In this document: one piece after another, positions 42,709-59,401 of the stretch
How the letters are laid out: each line of letters opens with the position of its first letter
Position numbering within the stretch: the stretch's first letter is position 1
From: Eledone cirrhosa
Lineage: Eukaryota
DNA length: 64,000 nucleotides
Assembly: GCA_964016885.1 (NCBI GenBank)
Contig: OZ024742.1
Coordinates: forward strand, 80,104,001 to 80,168,000
Direction of reading: 5' to 3'
The notes under the pieces: generated by a model
Told to the model about the DNA's origin: nothing
Databases searched by the model: none
The model's input: the letters and a program-made list of their open reading frames with translations, nothing else
Translations under genes and position numbers: made by a program

Positions 42709-43032
42709 ATGTATATATTTATATGTATGTATGTGTAAGTGTAAATGTGTGTATTGCTTACCACGTGTGTTTCTTTAATTATTTGTGTCCTTTCCTGTAT
42801 CGCTGTCAACTTTACAATACTTTTTATTTTTTTAAGTCGTATATTTTTTTTTTTTATGTGACGGCTATTGCATTATATGGTTGTTCATTGTGTTTTATTT
42901 TTTCTCATAATTAATTGTGTGTGTGCGTATGTAGATGTGTGTACATATATCTATATATCTGTGTGCGTATGGATGCGCGTACATATTGGTGTATGTATGT
43001 GTGTGTATGTACGTGTGTATATATGTATGATC

Positions 43033-43090
<58 letters not shown>

Positions 43091-45963
43091 AGGAGATGTA
43101 ACTAGGAGTTACTGCAGGTTCACCCGCGAGAGCACACGATGTTATGGTTCACTTCTGTGATGAGGTGTAGAGCTATACAGAGTGTAATATATTGAAAGGA
43201 TAACAAGGACGTTTGATTATTCTAAAGGAAAAGAATGTTTCTCTTTGTTGAATATAAGTCACCAATTTGGTTGAGGTATATAAGTACCAATTTAGGTTGA
43301 GGTATATAAGTACCAATTTATATTTAGAGTTATGTAATTTTGCCACGAGGAACCAGGTTTGGTAGAAAGATGTGATAGGAATATCGACAACGACTTTAGC
43401 TTGGTTTTACATTATTTACTAACAGAGGTTGAGCTGGCATGCCAAGAGAAATAAAACAAATCAATTAAGATTACGAGAAAAAATACGGGCGACAGGCTGA
43501 AGGCGTTTGGCCAGGCTCGTAGGTAATATTTTGTCGTTACATATTGTTCGTGCTTACGGAGCAAAAGAACAAGTGGTGTTTACCTTAACACGGCCTAGCT
43601 GGAAGAGATGGCGTCCTCAAATCTTTGCGGGCTATTTCTCCCTCAGAACGCGTAGGGATACATCCTCTTCTACTGGCGCTGATTGGCTGAGCTGAGCCAA
43701 ATCACGCACAGAGAAGGTATGTGAGCCCGCGGAATGTAGGTCACTACAATTCCTTCATTGCATTTATTGATAGGTGACGCGCGTTTCGCCATTGATCAGC
43801 TCAAGGTTCGATCTATATCGATCCTACCCGACTCAATAATCGGCAGCTCGAAGGAACCTCTTAAAATGCTATGAGAAAATGAAATGCATGCTATGTGGTA
43901 AAATCAGAAGTTTAAGAGTTTGACAAAATGAGTTGTTTTGATTGGTGGGAAGGATCAAGGCGATGTACTGGCCTGTAGTGTATATGGGGGTGGGTGTGAT
44001 GGTGAGATGTTGGTGACGGTCGGTGGATAAGATGGGCTGTGGTTTGGTGGTGGTGGGTTAGCCTTGGCGTGTAGAGTATGTGGGGTTGGATGTGATGATA
44101 TGGTGGTCGTTATGGTTGCTTAGTGGGATGGGCTGGGGTGTGAGGTTAGTGGATTGTCAGTAGACGGGTTGGCGCGTGTGTTTTAGTGGTGCCGTTGTCT
44201 ATGGTAACGCTGTTTGTGGTGGTGTGGTGGATGTATTGGTGATATCAGGTCCCTATATAGATACATAGCTAGACGCTCTTCGTCTGACAAATACTTTGTA
44301 TATACGTATACGCACACACATATATGTATATATGTGCACATATATTATTTATAAACACACACAACACAAGACACATACGCACATCCTTGGCCACACATAT
44401 CGACACACGCTCATACACAGCCATATGCATATATACACACATGTATGTGCATGCGCGCATGCGGACACGAATATGGAGAGTGGGGGAGTAACGGTGGGGG
44501 TGGCGAACGACAGAGATGGGGGGAAGGTGAGAGGCAATGTAGAGGGTGTTATAGATATATACATACACATACATATGCCCACACACACACATGGATGTGG
44601 GGCACATGGACTCATACTCACGTATACAAAATATACACACACACTCACACACACGTATACTCACACATATATACACATATATACACACACATGTACAGAC
44701 AACACACACACACACACACACATACACGCATATGAGCTCACCTACACATACAGTCAGATTAACCCATATACATATATGTAGACGTACACATACACACACA
44801 TACAAAGACATACATATGCACACACACATACATATACGTATACACACACATATATATACACACACATATATATATATATATATATGTGTGTGTTCACATA
44901 CACACACACACATATATATAAATATGCGTACGCGCACGCACACTTATACGCCCGTATGTGTAAAAATACTTACACACAGACACACACACTATTGTTGGTT
45001 GGGGAGTGGAGGTATGTGTTGGCGGTGTTGATGAAGTATGGGGTTGTGTTTTGTGGTGGTGGTGGTGGAGTTTTGAGGGAAAAAATATATATATATACCG
45101 GATCGAATACCGGTTAAAAGGTGACATAGGGAATGCGGGGGAGAAGCGTTTATGGACGTACGGCGATGTGTGTTGTGGACATGGTGATGGTGGTGGTGCT
45201 GGGGTGATATGTTCGACAAGATGTTTAGATGATCAGAGGTTACGGTGTGTTATATGGTAGGCAGACGGGGGTGGGGGATATATAATACAGTTGATCTGGG
45301 AGCGAGGGATGATATGTGTTGATGATGTTAATGGTAATGATTGTTGAAGTATGTGGATGTATCTACTGGTGGCGGTGGTTGTGTGTGCGTGCGACAGTAC
45401 AATTACAGGGTCGAATTTAGCGTGGGGTTTCAGATTAAGGTAGACAAAGGGAACATGGGGGGATGAGGTTGTAGGTCTGTATGGTAGACATATGACGATG
45501 TGTGGAGTGGTGGTGGTGGCGATGGTGTGATATGATCGACATCGTATTTACAAGTTCCCTTGTCATTATGGATTGTAAGGTAAAACCTATCATATGAGAC
45601 CGATCTAATACGATGTTGCAACGATGAGGTGTGTATGTTGATGTGAATTTTGGTGGGGGTGACGTGTGCGGCATGATATACAAATGCGGGCTTAGAAATG
45701 GTTACATGGAGTACAATAAAATAAGTTCACTGAGATGGGCGATGGTGAGACGGGGTATATGTGGTTATTAATATGATGTGTCGTGGTTAGTGTGATTTTC
45801 GGTGTGGGTTATGTATGCGGCATGATATACAAAATACGGGCTTACATATGGTTAACTGCAATACAATAAAATAAGATAAAGTAAAGTAGGATATAAAACT
45901 AGATAAACACACATGCACACATACACACGCACACACGCACAAACACACATATACATACATACG

Positions 45964-46063
<100 letters not shown>

Positions 46064-46308
46064 TGTATGTATGGATATATATAAATATATATGTATGTGT
46101 ATATATGTGTGTATGTATATATATATATACATATATGTACGTATGTATGTATATGTGTGTGTGTGTGCGTGTGTGTGTATGTGTGCATGTGTGTTTATCT
46201 ACTTTTATATTTATTATTTTTCCTTTCCTTCTACCGTTTTCAGCCTCACTTTCATATAGATTATATTTTTGTTTTTAAAATCCACTGTCAATAAATACAC
46301 CACGATTG

Positions 46309-46369
46309 TTTCACTCTGACGACTCAAAGCAAACTTAGTTTGCTTTCAAGAAACCACTGGTAAATGAAA
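46309..46369 (+). ncRNA. Type-I hammerhead motif (CCACTGG family), intact core
   Basis: TTTCACT CTGACGA ctcAAAGCAAAC tta GTTTGCTTT caa GAAA CCACTGG TA AATGAAA. Confidence 0.7.
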
Positions 46370-46495
46370 TAATTGTCTTATGTTGTTTATTACATAACTA
46401 TTTATATATATATAAATATATATATAGGTATGTATACGTACATACCTATATGTGTACAGACGCACAGTAGTATGTGTATAATATACATACATGCC

Positions 46496-46534
<39 letters not shown>

Positions 46535-46652
46535 GTGTGGGTTTACCGAACATTTAATACAATGTTCGGTTTGTTTGTAAACAAACAGCCCGAATTACGC
46601 CGTACAGTCATCGGCAACCATCATCGCCCTTTTGTTCAACACTGACACAGGA

Positions 46653-46695
46653 ACGATGTACTAGTTTCAAGCTTATTAGCTATCGTCAGAATCGT
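46653..46695 (-). ncRNA. Minimal hammerhead (ACTAGT family) inside mini-element 46420-46810
   Basis: Minus strand: ACGATT CTGACGA TAGCT aata AGCTT GAAA CTAG TA CATCGT. Confidence 0.75.
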
Positions 46696-47030
46696 ATACC
46701 TTTCTGTCAGATGATTTAACCTCTGAAAGTATAAACATTCCTCATGCATATTAACGACTGAGCAGCCTAATTTGCATATCGAGTGAGTTAGTCGGCCGGG
46801 CATACCGAAAACGATAAATGGAAAATAATGAAACTGCTGGCAAGAGAAGCAGCGAAAACGATGGCTTGATAATTTCAACCTATAGCCTAGACTTGGTCTC
46901 TGCTTTTTCAAATCTGCTGTTGGAGATCGAAATTTGTGGAGAAAAAATATCTCATATGATACGCAGGCTACAACTGGCGGTGTTTGGCGTCAAAGAATGC
47001 ATATGTTTATACATATACATGTGTGTGTAT

Positions 47031-47119
<89 letters not shown>

Positions 47120-47139
47120 TATATAATATATATATTTTA

Positions 47140-47175
<36 letters not shown>

Positions 47176-47271
47176 ACATATATAAATATATATATATTTA
47201 TATATCAATACACACACACACATACATATTTAATATGTATATACATATATATAATATATATATTTTCCCCT

Positions 47272-47304
<33 letters not shown>

Positions 47305-47372
47305 ATTATATATACATAAATATACATATATATACATATATATATATAATATATATATTTTATCTTTCTCCC

Positions 47373-47473
<101 letters not shown>

Positions 47474-48817
47474 TTGAAACAGCTAGAGAGAGGAGAGAGA
47501 CATTAATGTATAAAAGACACGGCTGATTTCCTTCCTCTATTATGTCATATATAAACAGAAAATAGAGGAAATGGCTGTCATATGCATTAGCATATCTGAG
47601 TAGTGAAGATTTACGATTATGTTTGAGTATTGCATAAAGTAACGTTGATGTGATGCTAGCCACAGGCAGCTCGATGTACAGAATTTGATGAGAAATTGAC
47701 TAAAACTGCTAAGATAATATTTACTACTGACTCTTCTAATGTCTCGTCTGAAGTAAAAGGTTTCTCCTCCAGTATCAATAAAGTAAGTAATATCAAATGG
47801 TATCAAATCCATCTAGTCTTCACCCACTGAATTACTATGCATCTGTTGTTGAAGAGGAAATAATTTTTATCAAATAATACTATTGTGGATTGTTTATATT
47901 CTCTGTTATTGCCATTTCTCTCTTGTTTGGTGAAAAGTGAAGATTGTAACATGTTCATACATAGATTAGACATGCAGTAGAAGAAAATATTAAATGAGAA
48001 TCCATAAACTTGCAATAGAAATGCTCTTTCTTATTCAGTACATCTGGTTAAGAAAGTTGTGCAAATAATTTTACATGTGTCTCTTTGTTAATTTCATGGA
48101 AATATCAATTATTTCCGACGTCATACTATTGCAAAATGTGTCTACAATAACTATAATATATGTATATCGAACTATAAAACTGTAATATTATGAGAGACAT
48201 CCATAGACCAGGAAATGCATTTTTTACCCCCTTCTTTTAACATTATTGCATTTTCTGACATTCATTAACACGTAAAGCGAGACATACAGAAATCAATATA
48301 TTTGTGTCTAATATTATAGATATCAGGTTATGAATATATCTAGGGAACATAAGTGCAGCTATTCAACTAGAAGAAATGCATTATATTTCGACAGTTCTGT
48401 CGCTGTCCCTTTTCAATGTCTTAAGTGTATAATTGATAGAAGGTGGTTACTATTCTAGATGAAGACTAACGACTGTGTATCTAGTTTTTACATATATAAC
48501 AAAGTATCTCATAGTCATGGAACAGCCTGTTAGAGGTTTTATCGAATATGTTTTATGAAGTAAGGTTATCATTTTGAAAAGACCTAAACAATTATGTTAT
48601 ACGACAATAATAGATTCGTTTATTTTATATTCTGTTACATGTTTACTTTAAAATATAATTAAATAACTTGTATTGCATATGATAATACTGATAACATGAC
48701 ATGGAATATGGGGTGAAATCGGCAGAGCAGTTACAATAATTATTTTTTTGTTTTCTATGAAGGCAATTGTATTTCAAGTGGATTGAAATAAGTTATATTT
48801 GAAGGTATATACGTGTT

Positions 48818-49575
48818 CTTCTCCTTGCTCTTGTTCGACGAGGCCGGCGTCCTCCTAAGCAAGTGATCCCAAAGCACCATCGTGCATAGATATGACCAGG
48901 TCCACAAGTGCCCTCCAACGATAGCAGTCCCGTGCCAGCTCCTCTGCATCCTCCACGGTGATTTTGTGTCTCTGGAGATCTTCACTGATGATATCCAGCC
49001 ATCTTGTGCGGGGCCTGTCGTGGAGTATCATCCAACCTGCAGCAACTCCGTCGATTGAGAGTAAAGCCCTGGTAGGGTGTTCTGTTCGAATACGGAAGAC
49101 ATATCCGCAAGAGCGCAAGCGGCGGGAAACTGTGGGGTAATGTGTGCACGAACGCCGCAGTTTGATGGAAACAAGATGGTCCTATCTGATGGTTGTGATG
49201 GCCTTCAGAGCTCTGCTATCGAAGCTGTGAATCCTTTTTACTAAGGTCTTTGTGAGGGGCTACGTTTCTGCTTCATATAGGAGAACGGAGAGGAACGATG
49301 CATTGTAAATACGGAGCTTCGTCTTCAGGGAGATTGAGCAGTGGTGCCAAAGGGTTTTCCATAGTGAGTGCATGACCCCTGCAACTAGGCTACATTTGCG
49401 GTTGATCTCTGGGGTCAGGTCTCCATTTTTGGAGGTAAATGAAGGAGATGAAAAACTCCACGGCGTTGGTGCCAATATGAAGCGGAGGAGCTTCCGGGCT
49501 ATTGCCGACATGCATCAGATTGTCTTCATCCAGCTCACCTGAAGGCCAACATTTGTCGATTCCTCCTGGTATATA
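48818..49575 (-). mobile_element. RTE-clade LINE 3' fragment (decayed RT C-terminus)
   Basis: VGLQVSWMKTI, EINRKCSLVAGVMHSL..SISLKTKLRIYNASFLSVLLYEAET, GYVFRI..HPTRALL, RPRTRWLDIISEDL..ARDCYRWRALV; short-repeat tail (CAAGAG). Confidence 0.88.
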
Positions 49576-50790
49576 TGGCCAGTGCGTCTCTCGGAGCTGA
49601 TTGATTGTCTCTTTGTAAAATATAGAGAATCTAATAAATCCAGGAAGAAAATATTTATGTTGTCATTGGCCGACGAAAAACTACATCCTATTATCATTCT
49701 CATAAAGTTCAAAATATATTATGATAGATGTTAACGGTTGGATTGTCAATGATCAAATGATAGTTTCATAAGATTGACCCTAAAATAAGACAAGAAAAAC
49801 ATCATTAAAAATAAATCGTATTACTAATTCCAGAGTTGGTACAGAGCATCTCTTCAGATAGGCAGGAAATAGTATTTCTTACAAAACCCGGTTACTATAC
49901 TTATATGGCAAATACTATATCGTATTTCAAATTCTGAGGGTGGCATGACGTTTAGTATTAGATATATTATCATGGCTATATTTGGTAAGTAGAAACGTAA
50001 CCTGACTTCCGTACACATACCAAATATGTGCATATATGGCTACGATGTCAAACATTTCCTAGTAGCTTTACAGCGTGAGGATAAATAATTTAGAATTTAT
50101 TTTCGTAAATACACCTACTATTAAACAAAGTCTATTAGCATATGATTGTGTGCTCTACAAGTGAGTGTAAACATTATTTTGAAAGCAACAAGTAATGAAC
50201 AAAATACCACCTGCCTTCTACAACCATAATGATAATGATTGTGTCAGTGAGAACAAATAAACAATAAAAAGATCAACAACAAAGAGACAAAAGACAGAGA
50301 AATAGTTAATAGCAGCAGCACTATTACTAAACAAGGCATATGTAAGATGGAAACAGTGATAATTTAAAACCCTTCACTCATTTATTTAGTAGCCGGTTTG
50401 TTGTTGTTTTTTTCTGTTTCATTGTCATTTCTTTATTTGCTTCCTTTCTGATGTGATGTGTGCCGGAATTAATGATTTCGCAAAACGGAGTTATCGCAGC
50501 TGTTTAAGCTTCCATTTTCAGCGATGGCCAACTAATTAAACTAACTGGAAAAATTTAAGTACGATAATTCATCTTACGTTACCATGTTAGCAGCTTAAAA
50601 TTAGAAAAATGCACAAAGTAAAACAGAAAATGTAAAAATATACAGAATCTGAAAAAAATTGAAAACAAGCTAAAGACCCTCACCAATCACCCACACAAAC
50701 AAATAAAATCTTAAATAAAACAACAAATTTGAAAATTTAAAACCATATATATATATATGTGTGTGTGTGTATATATGTATGTATATACAC

Positions 50791-50843
<53 letters not shown>

Positions 50844-50907
50844 CATATATATATATATATATATATACAAATACATATATATATATGGGTGTGTGTGTGT
50901 ATACATG

Positions 50908-51001
<94 letters not shown>

Positions 51002-51061
51002 CACACACATACATATAAACACACATATACATATATACACACCCACACACACATATATATA

Positions 51062-51220
<159 letters not shown>

Positions 51221-53550
51221 AAGAATTAATTGTTTAGGACAATTCTTTTAAGATGAAATTCCTTTGCATTTCTCAATTCTATAAAATTGTATCTTGATTT
51301 GCTTTCCTTTCACTCTTCTTATCCCATTTACGAACTCTCTTTCAATCGCTTCCCTTCTCTGTACTATTCATTTGTGATTTGTCAATTCCTATTTTTATTT
51401 GTACATATTTGTATTTTCTTCTCTTTATTATGTTTTGTTAATTCTATTCTCTAATACGTAACTATCGATGGAAACACAACACATGAAGATAATTTTAAAA
51501 AATACCCCCCCCCCCCAAAAAAAAAAAATGTAGTAGATATTATATAGTAGACGTTCATTTATAATGATGTGTCTCTTTGTATATTAGAGTATGCCATACA
51601 CGTTGTTTCAATGCATCAACTATACGCGTTCCCACATGCTTTCTCAACGCTGCGTCAAACTGTTTTCTTTATTTGTCTATGTAAATTATCTTGGTGATTT
51701 TTTAAAATCGCACATGATTATTTTCCTTGTTAGTATCCATCTTTGCATTATCACCAAACACATGTGGCCAATAATGAAATGATCTTTGTCAACATAAACG
51801 TTATTATTATTATTATTGGCTGTCAGACAGTGAAGACGTGTTTTTATGAGCTCCGCAAGGTAGTGACTTTCAACATTTTTTTCAATTGTATTAGTTGCTA
51901 TATTTTTAAAACAAAATACAATATTTTCGAGTAAAAAAAACGTCTCAGCCACGCCTCCCAACTTTAAGTCTGCTGTCGTCTGACAGCGGTTTAAACGTTG
52001 AGGATAATAAGGCTGCCCCTCCCATATCAAATATGAACAAAGACACCACATTAAGCAGTATGGCCAACAGAAGCACCAACAACAAAAAATAAACCAACAA
52101 CAGCAGCACCAACGACAACAACACCAACAGCAGTGAATATACAAATATGAACAAAAATGACAAAAGCAATAAAGCAGCAAAAACACCAGAAAGAATAACG
52201 ACAATAATAACAACGACGACAACCCTAGCAACACCAATGACAACAACAAGAACACTTTCGCTGCAGCAGCAGTCAAAAAGAGGCCATGCTTCAGCATGGA
52301 CCTCTCGAACAAAGATTAAAAGTTGGCCCAGGCCCTGGAAGCTCATCAAGCCAGAGCAAACCTGGGCGAAATTAACTGTCCCGGTAGAAGTTATTGAAGC
52401 AGTGGGGCGCAGAACAGTGCATTACAGATGCATCTCAGCAGAATTCAAGAAGGCAGCTTTAATTGCACAGGCAGATGTCGATGTTGCACTGAGGTGCATC
52501 AGGTACGACACCGTATACATAGCGAGGGGCAGACAATTGATGGTGAAATATATTTCTTTAATTTAAAATTCTAGTTAAACTTAAATTAGTTACCTACCTA
52601 GCTGTGTGTGCTTATACACCTTTACAAATTATTCGCTGTGATTGTTTCATATGTTTATTTTAGATATATATATATATATCAATCAATTTCTAGTTGATAT
52701 AAAATGCTCGTATCTATTTATTGGAATATTTGAGCATATTCTACAGTGGATATGACAGCCTTAATTTAATTTTGGATATACATACGGTCACTTAATTTTA
52801 GAGCTAACTAAGTTGAAAGGACAGGGCTGTTATTTCTAGTTGTCGATAATCCTATTCACGCCACAGGGCTGAAGCTGGTACGATGTGTGTATTTTTAAAG
52901 AAATGTAACACGTGCTACTAGTCATTCGCAGATTTGCATTTGCTGTGTAAACACAGATAGTTAAATCTTCTCCCTTGTTGAAAAGTCGGGATTTTACTAC
53001 TGGGGTTTACCGATCGATTGATGGTGAAATATATTTCTTTAATGAAATATATACAAGGAAGATTAATCATTTAAAAAGGTATGTATATTTAAAGTTCTAG
53101 TTAAACTTTAATTAGTTACCTACCTAGTTGTGTGTGCTTACGCACTTTTACAAATTATTCCATGTGATTGTTTCATATGTATAATTCAGATATATATCAT
53201 ATATATGTAAATCAATTTCTAGTTGATATATATATATATAAATAACAGATTATCGCTGCTTTCCCCCTGTGATATATATATTATCCTTATCGATCCCTCT
53301 TCGGATTTTAGTCTTCACATTTATTATTATTACTATATATATATAAGTATGTATACGTACATACATATATGTATATAGACGTACAGTAGTATGTATATAT
53401 ATATATACATACATGCACACATATATATATGTACGTATGGATTCACCAAACATTTATTATAATGCTCGGTGTGTTTGTAAACAAACATCCCGTATAAAGC
53501 CGTAGTGTCTAGCAACCACCGTTGCTCGTTTGCTCAACACTGACAAAGGA

Positions 53551-53593
53551 ACGCTGTACTAGTTTCAAGCTTGTTAGCTATCGTCAGCAACGT
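53551..53593 (-). ncRNA. Minimal type-I hammerhead ribozyme
   Basis: Minus strand: ACGTTG CTGACGA TAGCT aaca AGCTT GAAA CTAG TA CAGCGT. Confidence 0.8.
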
Positions 53594-53667
53594 ATACCTT
53601 CCTGCCAGATAGTTGAACGTCCGAAATATATACTTTCCTTATGCATATTAACGGCTGAGTAGCTCAA

Positions 53668-53708
53668 TTTGCTGACGAAAGCTAACAAGCTTGAAACTAG
53701 TACAGCGT
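53668..53708 (+). ncRNA. Minimal type-I hammerhead ribozyme (stem I shortened by the inversion junction)
   Basis: TTG CTGACGA AAGCT aaca AGCTT GAAA CTAG TA CAG. Confidence 0.7.
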
Positions 53709-55525
53709 TCCTTTGTCAGTGTTGAACAAACGAGCAACGGTGGTTGCTACACACTACGGCTTAATACGGGATGGGATGTTTGTTTACAAACACACCGAGC
53801 ATTATAATAAATGTTTGGTGAATCCATACGTACACATATAAATGTGTGCATGTATGTATATATATATACATACTACTGTAAGTCTGTATACATATATGTA
53901 TGTACGTATACATACTTATATTTAAGTAACAGCCGTACTAAGTGTGGGAAATGAAATTTCGTTTCATTTTTTCCGACTATATATATATATATATATATCC
54001 CATCCACTGATATGGATTCTGAACACGTGCACACGCTTAGGTCACATTAAGGTCAACTGCAAGAATCGGTGATAAGGTAAAAAAAAGTTGGATGATCAAT
54101 GGCCTGGAAGTTGGCTTACTATGGGACTAGTCCGAACAATAAAACCCCAAAATCGTATGTTGACGATTATTCGTACTCCCGGCATGTTAATTGTAACATG
54201 CCGTCTTTGAGAGTAGAATTTATGTTGTCGATATTTCGAGGTGCCGGATCGTGGGAAGCTTGACACTAATTAATAAGATGTAACTTCTCCCCCATTATTG
54301 ACACTTTGCAATAGTGAACGTTACTAGGCCCTCTTTAGGGACAGCACTTCTGATTGTTCATCTGACTTATTATGGTGTGTTTTCTAGGGTTATGTCTACT
54401 ATAGGGGGAATACGGGATGGTTTTATTGAATTGTTTCAATCAGTTGAAGGACTATACAAACGATGATATACAGTACCTACATATGTTCACTCGGTTATAA
54501 TTTCTTCTATAATTGCGATGATTTCCTCAATTGTTCTGTGTTTGTTCTTGAGCGCTAAGGTAGTAGGTTTGCTATTCTTATACATAGGTTTGTTGAATAT
54601 GTTAGATACTCATCGAGCTCAAACTTCCCCGGCTTATTCACTCTGAATGACGAAAGCTGGATGGAAGAATACATTATTGAAAGTTCCACACAAAAAATTG
54701 ATTTGCCATTCACAAACCTAGCAAAGTCTGCTATTGAAAATCCAGTATGGGCACCCAGGGTCGCTAGGATTTTCAGGCGCACTCTGAGAACAGGGAATAA
54801 CCCCGCCTTTCCTGTGTAATACCGGGTACTGCAGCTAGTATATATAGATAGTGACCGAATAGTGATTAAGCAATAAAGAGATAAATAAATACATAAGGTA
54901 TTCAATGTTAATTCATAAAATACATAAATATTCAATGTTAATTCTGAAAAGGTGAGCATGAATATTCATGGTATCGATGTATAACGGGACGAATTCAAAC
55001 AAGGAGACCATGCTGTACTACCAAAATCACAATTAAACAGAAGTACCAAATTTAATTAATAAAAAAAGAAATAAACGAAAGCACATCTATTCCAGATAAC
55101 ATGGAAATGTTTTCTTTTTTTTGTTGCTAACACAGGATTGACAGCACAACAAAACTATGCGGTCTTTACCGCCGCCGACTCCCACCACCTCAACGACCCC
55201 TACCTAATAATTCAAATTACAAAGTGAAATCAGTAAAGTTATAAGAGCAAGTGTAAGCTTAAGTTAACCAAAAAGCTATTCACAGAGACTATACTTTACC
55301 AAAAACAAAGAGATAAAGCCTATAAATTACAGAGTCAATAAGGAGCTGAACAGAAAGACATTGAAATTCTAAGTTGATTGCAGATGCAGAAATAAATAAT
55401 TAAAAGTTTAATGTAATTCTGTTAGTCTCAGTCGAGCTTTTGTTTTGCTTTGTTTGTTGATCTGTTTGGCATTCGATTAAAATGAAACACTGCTGAGCGT
55501 ATGTGTATATATATATGTGTATATA

Positions 55526-55594
<69 letters not shown>

Positions 55595-55636
55595 TTTCAC
55601 ACATATACATACACACATATATATATGCACACACAC

Positions 55637-55682
<46 letters not shown>

Positions 55683-56970
55683 TTATTTGTGAGTATGCAT
55701 ACATATTATATGCATTCATACATAATTTATATATATATGTATATATGTGTGTGTGTATGTATGTGTGTGTGTGTGCGTGTGTGTGTATACGTATGTGCGT
55801 GTGTATGTGAATGTTTGTGTCTGTATTCTGCCAAAAAATGTAATCAATATACATGATGTTTCTTTTTCCTTTTGGTGTCTTAGACTGTCACGGTGAAAGA
55901 TAACGGATGCGTTCAACATACATGCAAGGAGTAAAATAAATCAAAATAGCGTACAAAAACCACCGAAAACAAACGTTGAAAAAACAACACTAACAAAAAA
56001 ATAACAAAGATTTAATAATAACAACGACAATCACATAAAACCACCAAACAATGCATCTTAATGCCACACGCTTAAAACGTCTGCAGTTATTGATCGGTAA
56101 TTAAGTTTCAAGTTTTACAAAAGACGACTGTTGTTAATCCTTCTTTTGAATCAACTTTTCATTCAGTCATTCACTCATTCATTTATACATTCAAAGTAAT
56201 CAGGTGTGGTTTTATTTTAACTTCTGCATGCAATTCTATGAATGACAGTGTATTTGTATGAAGACTTGTGTCAGGTAGAAAACGGTATGATTTTACTAAA
56301 TCACACAACTTCAAACATGCACACATGTGTGCATATGTATGTATTCCTATATATGTTTATGCAGGCCTATATGTATGTATATGTATGTACGTGTGTATGT
56401 ATGTATGTATGAATACATGTATGTAAATATGTGTATGCATGTATGTACGTGTATATGTGTATGCATATGTGTTTGCATGAATGAATAAACAGATGAATGG
56501 ATGGATTCAAACACATACATACCTATGCACAAATGACACAATGTATACATACATACATACATAAATACATACACACATCCAAGCAGAAAAGTCGGATATG
56601 CTGCTAGTTCTAAAATAACAAATCAAGTGCTACTGATATGTATTCACATGTTTTGAAATCCTTTCGATTTAGCCTCATTTGGGAGACACATTGGCATCTG
56701 TATATCATCACAACAAAGAATGTGTCAAGAAACAAGTACACCTCATTTAAACGATTAATGATATAATCAGACACATATCTCGGAAGGTAACCCAAAATAT
56801 ACCACGATATAGGGAGATTTTATAAACGTTGATATAGAAATGAAAATGGAAACTTTACAGTAGACAACTTTAAAATACTGAAGATAGAGTATGGGGACGG
56901 ATTAAAATGGACGTCATTTACAACTACCTGCATAATGATTTTTCTTTCTCACTCTATTTTTCTAGGCTTT

Positions 56971-57014
<44 letters not shown>

Positions 57015-57020
57015 TATATA

Positions 57021-59401
<2,381 letters not shown>

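Larger units (their letters stand above)
53340..53978. mobile_element. Foldback mini-element with two divergent hammerheads
   Basis: Arms 53340-53590 and 53669-53922 are reverse complements; (TA)n flanks. Confidence 0.85.
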
